Source: Candidatus Peregrinibacteria bacterium RIFOXYB2_FULL_33_20
Lineage (GTDB): Bacteria; Patescibacteriota; Gracilibacteria; UBA1369; GWF2-33-10
Direction of reading: 5' to 3'
Length of the DNA: 64,000 nucleotides
Assembly (NCBI GenBank): GCA_001788835.1
Contig: MFXK01000028.1
Span: forward strand, 60,256 to 124,255
Positions within the stretch are counted from its first letter, which is position 1. The number at the start of each line of letters is the position of its first letter. This document shows, piece after piece, positions 28,301-40,300 of the stretch. The translations under genes and the position numbers were made by a program. The notes beneath the pieces are model-generated. The model did no database searches and was not told where the DNA came from. It was given only the letters and a program-made list of their open reading frames with translations.

Positions 28301-31300
28301 AGGATGGTGAAAGTTTTATTTTTTGTTAGTCTATAAGTTAGGCTTTCGTCAAGACTAGAATCAGCTTTTAAGAGGTTTATTGTGAATTCAGCGTCATTGA
28401 GGGTGTGAATTAATCTATTACCATAAAAGGCATCGCTTTCTCCATTCACAAGATCTGATTGATAGCTAGTTAATTTTGTGTTTGAGCTGAATTTGGTTAA
28501 AGTGATTTGAGCTTCATTAATATCAGGAATAGCTAAATTTTGATTTTGATTTAAATTTATTTTTAAATTATCGTCAATATTCACATTAAGCTTGGCATTA
28601 GCTGTTAGTAGATTTGTTCCCGGGCTGAAAATTGAACTATCTTTACTGATGTTTAAATCCATCTCTCCTGCCTCTAATTTCAAGGTAAACGGTTTATCGC
28701 TTAAGGTCGGGATAGTAAAAGACGATTTTTCTTTGATAATGGCTTGGCTGCCGTCGGCAAAAATTAAAGCAATTTGCGAGTCAGCGTCAGTGTAAATATT
28801 ATCATTTGGGCCTAAAGCGTTGCTCTCAATAAAATCACTAGACTTGGAAATATTAGGCGAGCCTTTCAGGGCTTCAAATTTAATTTCATTGATATTGGTG
28901 TCAGTCGTGGCATTATTAGATTTAATCAGCTCAGGGAGAATAAATAATTTACGGCTGATACTTTTGCTTAGCTTACGATCAAAAGCTGTGCGTGATTTTC
29001 TGATTTCGGCGAGATAGCCGTAGAAATCATTTAATCTGTTCTCATATAAAAAGTTAAAACTCACAGTCTGGTCATTATTTGAAAGAGTATGTAGATCGTT
29101 AAGCGTTGGATAGTGAACATTGATGGAGGCTAAATCGGTAATTTCTGGCGAGCGGCTAAGAAATTTTTGGGAGGCTTTATTCGTTTTATTAAATTTGATA
29201 TACAGGTCAGGTCCGATTGAATAAACAATATCATCATCACCATCATTGTCAGCATCAAACATCACTAATCTGGAATTAAGACTGTCATCGATATAGTTCA
29301 TCAATCGATCATTAATTTGCTGTTTACTGTCATAAATAAATATTCCTTTATTAACCATTTGCGGAGCCATCGAGCTATTGTTTGATACATCTGATAAACT
29401 CACTTGAGCGGTTAGTTGTTTTTCGGCTTCTTTGATTTTTAACACTTCTTCTTGTAATTGACTTTGTAAAATATCAATAACGTGATTTTGTGCGTTTAGG
29501 TTTGGTTGGTAGGTGCGATTATCAAAAACAATATTTTGGTAAGTAGCAAAATTATTGCCGGCTAAAACAAATGGATCGGAATTATTGGTTAATAGTTTGT
29601 AAAAGTTTTGATTATTTTGATTAGCAATTAAGGTTTCATTTAATGAGTTTTCTTTATCCATGTATCCCAGCAATTCTTGTCTTAGACTTAAATAAGGTTT
29701 TAAATTTTCGTTTAAGGCTAAAGGACTGTCTAAATCAGCCATGGCTTTTTTTTCGATTTCTGGAAGCGGATACTTAGCCATGAGTTTTTGGATATCAAAA
29801 TTTTGGCTATCTGCGACGAGGTAAATGTCTTTTTCAAATTTTTCTTTTTCGGTGTTGAATTTTTTACTTTTTTCCGTAAATGTTTTGGTGACTTGAAGTA
29901 AATTATGGACATAGATGTTTTTCAAATTTTCTAAGTCGTTATAATTATAACTTTCTGGACTGGACAGGCTTTGTTCTTGGGTGGGTGGCATTGGTTCACT
30001 TCCACTAGGGGTTAAGGCATTATTCGTTAGATTGTTTAGATCTTCTACGCTGTTATTAATATCTTCACCAGCTTTTTGGATAACGGTATCTGTCGCAGAC
30101 TGGGCGGTGTTGGTTACATATTTGAAGCCCTTATTGATGGTTTCGGTTAATTTATCAGAGAATTTATTAGCATTTTCCGCGGCTTTGTTGGCAAGATCAG
30201 TAATAAAAGTAGTTTGTAGACTAAAATTAGTAAAAGCATCAATGCGGATTAAATCGTAGAAGTCAATTTTTAAATTTGGGATTTCGCTGGTCGCTAAACT
30301 TAAGTCAATGGGTAGCACTGGTGTTAAAGGACGAGCGGTTAAGTCTTCAATGACGGTTTTTAGTTTTAATTCCGAAGTAGGCAAGAAACCAGAACGGATG
30401 ATGCAGACAATTTTTATAATTTTACTTAAAATTGAAGAAACAATCGTTAATTCATTAGGCAGCTTTGGCAAAGTAGGCGCTGGCGGGATGTTAGGTAGTT
30501 TGGGGAAAGAAAGTGGGGGTAATTTTGGCAGATTGAAAATACTTAAATCTGGCGGTGACGGCAATAAAGGCACTTGTGGCAGATTAGTCTCCAACGGAAC
30601 GATCTGCGGTAGAGTCAGTTGAGGTAAAGCCGGAATATTGATGGCGTCAGGTTCGAATTTAATTACCGGCCAAGTGATAGTCAACCCCGCCTGAATATGA
30701 GACACATCAATGATAATATTCGGCCATTTCGGCAAATCCAAGATTGGAATGTCCGGGATAAAAACGAATAAACTTAATAGCAGTTGATATAAAGTTAATC
30801 TTTGCGTTTTGCATTTATCACAGCCTTCCTGATATTCAACCGCTAAATTAATAAAACCTTTCCAGGTTTTGACCGTTTTGATGATGTTTCTTATCTCGGC
30901 GACCCAAGTGCCGATTCTTTGAGTATTGGTCTGAATATAGCCAATTGTGAAATCAATTATAGCCTCAACGTAACATAAAATTTGATATGTATAATATAAG
31001 ACTTGCTGCTTAATTTGAATGATTTGCATGGGCAGATTAGCGTAAGCTTCAAGAGTGGCAATATTTTTTTCGACATTACCCATTAACTCCAAGACCGCTC
31101 TTTTATAATTTTCTCCGCTAACACCAGTCCAGTTTTTGGAAACTTGTTTAAAATTATCATTCAGATTTTTAAGCCAAATTTTAGCTTCTTTTTTTATTCT
31201 GGTAATTTCTTCCGGCGAATAAGTTGGTAATTTAATTACGATTTCTTGAGGTTGAATTTTTAATAAGGGCAGTTTATTTAAAGCTGTCAAAATATCGTTA

Positions 31301-34300
31301 GGACTAGTCATCTTTTGGGAAAAATTTTGTTGTATTTTGTTATTAGAAGCGCCGGTGATAGATTTAAAATCAGGATAAATAAAAATTAAATCAGGCAGAT
31401 CAAGCAAAGAAGCAAACTCATCACTTTGTCTGGACCACCAATCAGTAAATACCGATGGAAAGCCAGGGACCCGAATATTTTTGCTAACTACCGCTTTGAC
31501 GTTGTATTTACCTAAGTTGTAACTTTGGATGCCGCCGGTGGTTTTGGTGTCAATACTGTTTCCAGCATTTGAATCTCCGCCCAGGGCTATGGCCATCACT
31601 CCCTTGGTAGACTCAATAGCGTTATTGGCATTGGCAATTGCTCCTTCAATTGCGCCATTGATAGTTCCGCAAATATCAAGATTAGTGGTGGCGGAAATTA
31701 TGTCCCAAATCGGGATGGCAAAAGCCCAGCATTTACCAAATGGGAATGTACCAATGCAGATAGCTGTACCAAGGCCGCCGTTTAGAGTAGGGGAGATATA
31801 AAAGCGGAAATTTGCCGGTGTAGATGGATAGCAGGTAATGGCGCTACAAACGACAGGCAAAAATGGAATAGTGCCTAGTATTGGCAAGGGTAAAGGGTCC
31901 ATCATTACTGGCGTGCCAAAAACTTGATACATGCCAGGGACTAAGAAGGCAACGTTCATAGGTAAAGCTAGACAACCACTGCCGCAAGTTAAAAAGGACA
32001 TGGCTTTATCAACCGCCCCATTAACTTTGTCTAAAGCTTTATTGAGGTCGGCATCGATCACGCCATAGCTTTTCATGGCACTGTCAATCATTGCCTGAGG
32101 AGAAGTGCCAGAAGGCTTTTGTGAATATTCTCCCTTTAAGGCATCGTAGATATCTTGAGGGCTGCCAATGGTGTTGTCCCATTCGTCAGGTAGGCCATCG
32201 CCATCACTATCGCCTTCCAGCAAGGTTTTTTTGTAATCATTAACTGATGGTGGTAGAGAATCTTTTTCATAATCATCTGGAATGCCATTTTTATTATTAT
32301 CTGGCGGTATTTTGATCGGGACATCAAGATCCAAGTCTTTAGTCGGATTTACTGGCTCAGGCGGAGCACTTAGACTTTCCAGATAAGAAATATATCCATT
32401 TTTGTTTTTGCTTTGTGATAACATTCTCATTAACTGGCCGGAATTGTTGCCTTCAGTGGTGAGAGCCATATCTAAGTATTCATCATCATTTAAGTTGCTT
32501 AACAAAATTTTTACTTTAGGGATACTTGCCTCACTTTTTACTTTAGCTTCATATTCAAACTTAATTTCAGAGTTAGCAGTTAAATTAATATTTTGTACAA
32601 TAAAAGGGCGGTCGGACGAGGAGGTTTGACTGATCATTGGACCTTGGGTGGAACAAGTCAGACAGACAATGCTATCTTGGACATAATCCATCATACCAGG
32701 GATAGAATCGATAAAAGCTAAATTTTTGAGGGTGGATGAGGAGGAATTTTTAATTTTGATTGTATATTTAATCAAATCATTAGGCTCTAGAATATCACCA
32801 CTTTCGTCAACGCCATATTTGCTTGACTCTGCTAAATCAGCAATAGTGTTGATATAAGCAAAAATTATTTCTTCATTGTCAATAGAGATAGGATAGAAAT
32901 TAGCATTATCATTATCAGTAGTTTTATCGTCAGTGGGCATATCGTCAAACTTTACTATCAATTCTGAAGCTAAATTAGTGCTGTCGTCCACTTTGAGTCC
33001 CAAATTCACGATCTGTTGTCCTTCAATGGTTTCTTCTTGATGGTCAAAAGGATTTACAATTTTATTTTTGCGTTTAGAGTTGGAATTGCCAGTATCGATA
33101 TTTGGCAAGGGTTTTTTGAATTGCCCTTGGTAATTATAAAAAGCTTTAACATTAGCCGCCTCATCACTGATAACAAAATCCGGATAACCATCATTATTTA
33201 AATCGCCAACTTTAACTTGATCAATTTTCCCACTCATTTGCAACGGTAAATATTCTCTCTCTAATGCGCCATTTTTATTCCAATAAATATAAGAGCAAAC
33301 CGTTTCTCCCTCTGAACAGCTATCTTTTGAAGCCACGATCAAATCTGTTAGACCGTCTTGATTGAAGTCTCCTTTATCAATGGCCTCAATGCCGTTATTA
33401 ATAAAAACAATTTGTCCTTTGGTCCTTAACTTCATACTGCCATAATTTTGAATCAAATTAATGGCTCCGTCTTCATAAGCCACGAGAATATCGTTATTGC
33501 CGTCACCATCGTAATCAAATGGTGCAATTACTTCTTGGATATTATCATTATTGCTCATGATTGGGACGCCAATGGTTTTATCATAACCGGTGGCGGAAAT
33601 AGTATTTTTATTCTCATCTAATTTGATTAAAGGATCGCCAGTTAAAATGCCAATTTCACTGCTATATGGCAAGGTGGCTTCCCCTAGATTAAGGCCGCTG
33701 CTAAACAGTAAAATATGTTTATTATCGCCTTTGAAGCCTATGCCCCCCACATCTTGCGCTGAATCATAACTTTGATAATTTGATGATGGTAATTGATTAG
33801 GGTTAGCATCATTGTCGGTATTTAAAATTAGATAACCATAGGGGCTGAAACTTGATTGATTAAATTTAGATTTTTTAATTTGTAGATTTCCGGCGTTGGC
33901 GGAAAGTTTCAAGGAAATACCATTATTAATTGCGCTTGGTGGGGTGGTGAGGCTGGGCGAGTTATCCAGCAGCGACACATCTTGATTGTTTTTTAGAACA
34001 TAAAAAATTTGTCCGATATTTTGAGAACCTTCCCAGATGTCCAGAGTTAGTGCCTCAAAATTGTTATTAATTGTTAACTTAAAATTTTTCGCTGGTAGTT
34101 CCAGGGAACCATTAGCATTAATGGCCATTTTTAAATTGTTATTTTGGCTTAATTTAAGTGTTTTTAAGTTAAGCCGTCCTTGATAATTTTCATCATCATT
34201 ATTATTGGTCGAGGTAGAGGCAGGATTTCGTCCATTTGTTTTGGATTGAAGTGTATTAGCAAAAGATTTTTCGCTTATTTTGACGCTAAACTGGCTTTGG

Positions 34301-37300
34301 TAATCAGGATTAAGTAATAGATAAATTCCAGGAGTATTTTTATTAATTTCCTTTGCCACAGAAATTTCTGCTAAGTTAGTGGTTAGCGGATCAAGTGAAA
34401 TATAAACTTTGCCCAAGGATTTTTGCTCTACTGGATCGGTAAGTTGGATAGAGAGAGGATCAATGGCTTTACTGGAAGCAATGACTGAAGTAGTTAGGTA
34501 ATTTTGGTCTAAAATTTTTATTTGTCCCTGAGGGCTGATCGACGCTATAATTTGTTTGAGGTTGGTATCTTCGCTCAGACTTAAAGATGCTTCTGTTTTA
34601 CCGGCAAAAGTAAAGGCGCTGGCAAAATTATCTGTTTGGTTTAGATCTGCGCCATTGAATCCCAACAATGAACCAAATAGAGCATTGGGCTTAGTGTCTT
34701 GGAAGAAGCCAGAATTAAGTGAAAATACGGCTTTCAGTTCAAGCGTGGCTGAGATTAAGTTATTGCTTTCGGCAATTAGATGAAGCAGGCCGGAAGAATC
34801 ATTTCCTAATAAATTTACTTCTGCCAGGCCATTTTTGGTTTTGGCGGATTTTTTACTCAAAGTTCCAAAAGTTTTGCTGGCATCAGTAAATCTGAAATTA
34901 ATTTGAGTATTAGAATTATTATAGGCGAAATTACCATATTGATCGAATAATTTAGCTTGGATTTGAACGGCTTCCAGATTGTCGACCTGCTCTTTAACGC
35001 TGGATAAAATAATTTTGTCAGGGCTAGCCGGCAAAATATTAATGATGACTGATGAGCTTTCCACTCCAGGAGCAGAAACCATAATTTCAGCTTTATCAGC
35101 GATGGTCAAAGCTTTGAAGCCATTGTTAGCTATACCGCTTTTGATTTCCAAATTTTCAGAATTGTTGATAATTCCCAGAGTCGAATCTGATAAGGCCATC
35201 TTATAGGGAATGTTTATGCCGTCAATTAATTGATCGTCTCCATCAGTAATTTTTATGTTCAAAGTTAACTCATCATCGGCACCGGCGTGTACTAAATATT
35301 TACTACTGATTAAGTTAAATTTTAAATCATCGCGGGATTCGATTTGGAAGGAGTCAGACACGTTATCGCCGACATTAACTTTGATATTAATATTACCCGG
35401 ATAGTTGGTAGAAGTGATAAAAAATTTTACCATTCCATCAAAAGTGCTGATCTGGATGCCATCTTGATCAGGATTTTCATCTTCAGTATCCACAATTTTT
35501 CCTTCCCCCTCCGCCTTTAAAGTTATAATTTGCAGACCATCATTAGCAATATTCCCGAATTGATCATATAAAACAATGGAAGCTGCGATTTTTGTGTCGC
35601 CTCCAGTAGGAATGACTCGAGAATTTGGCACAATATCTATTTTGGCTGGGTTACCAGGGTAAATAAAAAGTTGATCCTTCACTTCCGGCAGTTGCTCTCC
35701 AATAATAACTGAAGCCGAAATATCCAAAACGCCAGAGATAATCGATGAATCAAAAATGGTATTGGCTTGCCCGTTTTGCACCTGCACTTTGTCTTTTTCT
35801 ATTTGTCCATATTCTTTGGTGGCAATATCAAATTCAATAATTGTAGAATTATCATTTAAATTAATATTACCATCGGCCGTTAAGACAGCGGCTTCTAAGT
35901 ATAATTTTGAAGTGCCATCTGCCGCTACTCTTTTGGTATAAACAGTGTTCTCGCCTTCGACATTAGCAATAATATTTTTTTCTTTAAATGATTTATCCTC
36001 CTCAACATAATTACCGACTACTAAAAGATTTTTTGATAAATTTTTGAAGATATTTTCCGATGAAATTGGAATAGAAATTTGATTGTTGGGATCACTACCA
36101 CTTAAAATTTCTTCACTATCCGTAAAAGTATCGCCGTCACTATCTTGTAATAAAGGATTTTGCGCCAGGTAAACCTCTTGCCCGTCAGTTAATCCGTCAC
36201 CATCGCTGTCGATATTCTTGGGATCAGCGTTCCATTTTAATTCATCAAAATCACTGAGACCATCTTGATCAGAATCAGCGTTATTTGGATCAGTGCCAAT
36301 TTTTAACTCTTCATTATCATTTACGCCATCTTGATCAGCATCAGGTAGGTTTTTGCTGTCATTTTGTTTTTGCCGGTCAGCTTTTAGGGGATCAGTGCCT
36401 TGAATGATTTCGTCGTAGTCGAAAATTGTATCGCTATCGGTATCCGTGGAATTTGGATCAGTGCCATATTGTAAAATTTCACTATTATCATTTAAACCGT
36501 CTTGATCGGTATCAATAGAATCAGGATCAAAAATATTAGATAAAGATTTGGCAACCATAATGGCGAATTCTCCTCTGGTCATGTCGTCCTCCAGCCATTG
36601 GATGAACTCATTTTTAGTGTTGAGTTGTTCATTAAACCAGCTTTGGAAAGTAGTTAAATCAGAAGAATCCAGCCTTTCGAAACGATTTTCCGGATAAATT
36701 TGATAACGTTTGGCGGTAATGACATAATTATAGTACCAAGGCAGATTAGCGTCAGTATTAGCAATTACATTAGCTTTAGCGCTTTCCAAAATAATTTTTA
36801 TAGCTTCAGCTCTGGAAATGTTGTCTTTTGGCACAAAGTAATTTTGATAAGGACCATCTTTATATCCGCTAATGATGTTTTCATTTTTAGCAAATTCCAC
36901 ACAATATTTAAGCTCATCGCTGATATTTTGATCTGGAAAAGCTTGAGGACTATAAATCTTGTCAATTTCTTCTTTGAGGCCATTCGCAAATTCCAAACAA
37001 TTGATGCCTCTTAAACTTGATGATAATTTAACCATTTGTTCGCGTGTGATAGGCGAGTTAGGATAGAAAGCGTGACTAGTTAGATTGTCGCTACTAATTT
37101 CAACTCCGCTTAAAACACCCCGTTTGAGTAGTTTTAAAACTGCACTATATGATTCATGGAGAGGATCAAGATCAACGAATAGTGTGCTGTCTTTTTGCGT
37201 AGGATCATAGCCATTCGCTAATTCATCATTATCATTGAAGTTATCGCCGTCAGTATCCGTTTTGGTATAGCTGGTGTGCAACATTTTTTCTTCCAGGTCT

Positions 37301-40300
37301 GGCAGTGCATCATGATCAGTATCTTTGGCAAATATCGTGGCGGCTTGGGCTTTAGCAGAAATAAATTTTAATATTTGTTCGTAGGTTTTATTGAAGCTGA
37401 CTAAACTTTTTATTTCTCCTTCTAGTTTTTGCAGATTAAAAGTACCGTTATCTTTGGGATGAAAAATAATTTCCGCGATAATATTTTGAAGGTCATCTAA
37501 AATTAACCAGTCAAAAATTGAATCGTCTTTTAATTTTAAATTGTAGGCCGGATTAATTCTGACTCCGCCGTAACTGTCAATTGTAGCCACTAACAGATTT
37601 CCTTTGTCCTTAATAGTAATTTTTTCTTCGCTTTTAGTTAAATTAAGATTAGATTTAATTAAGATATAATCACTAAATTTTTCAGGAGTTTTTAGATCAT
37701 TAAAGTTGCTAATCAACGTGGCTTTGTCAAAACTAATAATGATTGAAGCCAGCAAATTTTGCTTGTCCTTGGTTATAATATTGATGCGACTTGGTTTATT
37801 TAACTTTATTGGTAATGGTTCGATCAGATAACTGATATTTTTCAATTTAACCGTGCCATCAGTTTTAGAAATCTCAGCAATATCGTTTTTATCACTGTCT
37901 TTCACCATTAAACCATTAAGAATTTCTTCTTCATAACTGATATCTTGTGTGCCGGCGCTTTCTTTTTGAAAAATGGTTAACCGCAAAGCTTCTTTTTTGC
38001 TTTCAATTTCGATTTTATTGGAAATCAGATTATCTTGATTGATAGCCATAACATAGATTTTTGCTTTGGCGGGGATGTCGGTGGATTTAAGTTTAAAAGT
38101 TGCTTGTCCATTGACTAAAACAGTTTCGGGTGAACTGATAATTTCAAAAGCCTTAAGGCTGTCAGCGTTTTTGGGATTTTCAATCATGAGCTTAACAGTC
38201 GTAGCGTTATCATCTTTGTTGATAAAACTAAATTTGCTGTTGCCTTTTTTGGCAGTGACCGTTAAGTTAGTCAGGTCATTGCTATCAGAGCTTAAGAGAT
38301 TTTTGGAACTGATAATAAATAAACTAGAAGTTTTATTGTTTTGCGTACTTTGGTAGCCGGCGGAATTTTCACTGTTATTATTTTCTTCCGTAACTATGTC
38401 GGTGATCGGTTCTTGTAGCCCTAAAATTTGAGCCCCTTCTTCGCCACAAACACTTTGTTGATCGCTAGAATAGACTGAGTCATCCAGGGTATCAATCCAG
38501 GCCAAAATCGCATCTAGCCAATCAAGTAAGTTAATAGGCTTAATATCGTCGGTCATTGGTGACTGAGTGGTCGTTTTATCAGCATTATCTTTGCTTGAAT
38601 TATAATTAACATCTGTTTCTGGCGATGTATCACCGTTAGCTTGATAGCTAATTTTGTCTGAAGCTCCGTAGGTATTGAGATAAAAAATTTCATAACCATT
38701 AGGGACTTTGTTCCCGTCATAGGTATCGACAGCGGGATCGCTGTTCAAATATTTATTTAGAACATATTGATATTTTTGATCAATATTCATATTTCTCCAG
38801 TCAATAGCGTCTTTTACTTTTGCCTGAAATTCCTCATCAAATATATCAGTTAGCATGGTAGCAAATTTACTGCCGCCAGGAAGTTTGGCAATTTCCAGCC
38901 CTTTTTCCCCCAATTCTTGTTGGAATTCGTCCCAGTTTTTGGACTGAAAAATATTAGGATATTGAAGTTCTGTATAAGCATTACCTTTGCTTCGAAAAGA
39001 GACATACCTTGGATTATCAACCGGCAGATCAGTGGCAATACCATCTTTTAATTGTGCTTGGATGGTGCTATTAGTTGGTTCTTTATGATAAACAACGCTG
39101 GAAATTCGTTTGGCATCAGCACTGTCATCGGTAAACCCATCAGAAGATTTTTCAGCATAGTAACGGTCTACATAAATATCAGCACCGGTATAGCCACGAA
39201 AAACATTTTTACCTAAGTGATATGATTTTGAACCAAAGGCGAAAAATTTTTCTTGCACTTGCGCGTAATTATTCGGATCAAGGCCAATTCCTTTGATTAA
39301 TTCATAAAGGCTGGCTTTTTTATCATCGATCAGTAGGTAAGATTGATTAAATGGAGTATATTTGTTGGAAAATTCCCCCTTTTCGATATATTCATTCACT
39401 TCTGCCTTGATGTCATTATCCAAATCTTCCTGAGTGTAATTTTCTTTTGGGTCTTGATTTAATAAATCATCCACAGATTCGACGACATCTTCAGCAAAAG
39501 CCAAATGAGAATCGCCGTTGGATAAACCACCTTCCCCCCAAAAATTAGGGCCATACTTGAAATCAAAACAATCTTGATAGCTAGCGCCATGCTCGGTGGA
39601 AGTTTTTTTTGTGACTTTGCGACCGTTGGCACGATCGAAAACTGGAGCAATAGCCGCCTCTACAAAACAATACTGGGGATAATAATAAAATTCGCCATTG
39701 CAACCAGCGTATTCTTTACCTTTGATATCGTCATCATTTACATCTTTATTATATGGTTCGTAGGAAAGGGGATTATAGACTTTATTGGCCTCAATTAGTT
39801 TAGCGTCAGTTTCTTTGTTGAAATCACCTAAATATAAAGAACATTGGCTAGCATTAGATACTTTGTACATTGGTTTGCCCAGAATATAGGGATGAGCAAA
39901 AGTATGCTTGTCCTTATCTTTCACGCTGTGGTTAACGAATTCGGCATCTTTGAAATCCGTGTGTTTGGATTCGCTGTCTTTTGTGTAATAAAGAGTCCCG
40001 TACAAAACCACCTTATGCAAAAGAGGAATATCTTGTTGTAAATCATTATTTACTGCTGAATCAATTTTGCTTTCCATGGCGCTGTTAATGCCGGTAAGAA
40101 AATTTAAAACGATCTGATCTTTTTTGGTTACCAAATTAATGATGCTGTCATAATCGTTTTTTTTGTTGCCATCAGCATCGGTATAGTTGATTTCATATCG
40201 GCCAGTGTAATCAATCATGTCATTAATTTCGCCGATAAATTTTTTATATATTTCGTAATATTGAGAGAAAAAAGTTTCGCTGACTTTTTTGCTAAAAATA

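Noticed and set aside
29741-39610. A8/T8 homopolymer runs inside the giant gene (for example near 29747-29754 and 39604-39611) as slipped-strand phase-variation switches.
   Set aside because: Runs of this length are common throughout this AT-rich window, including in housekeeping genes, and the frame is intact. Without read-level length polymorphism this is unsupported.
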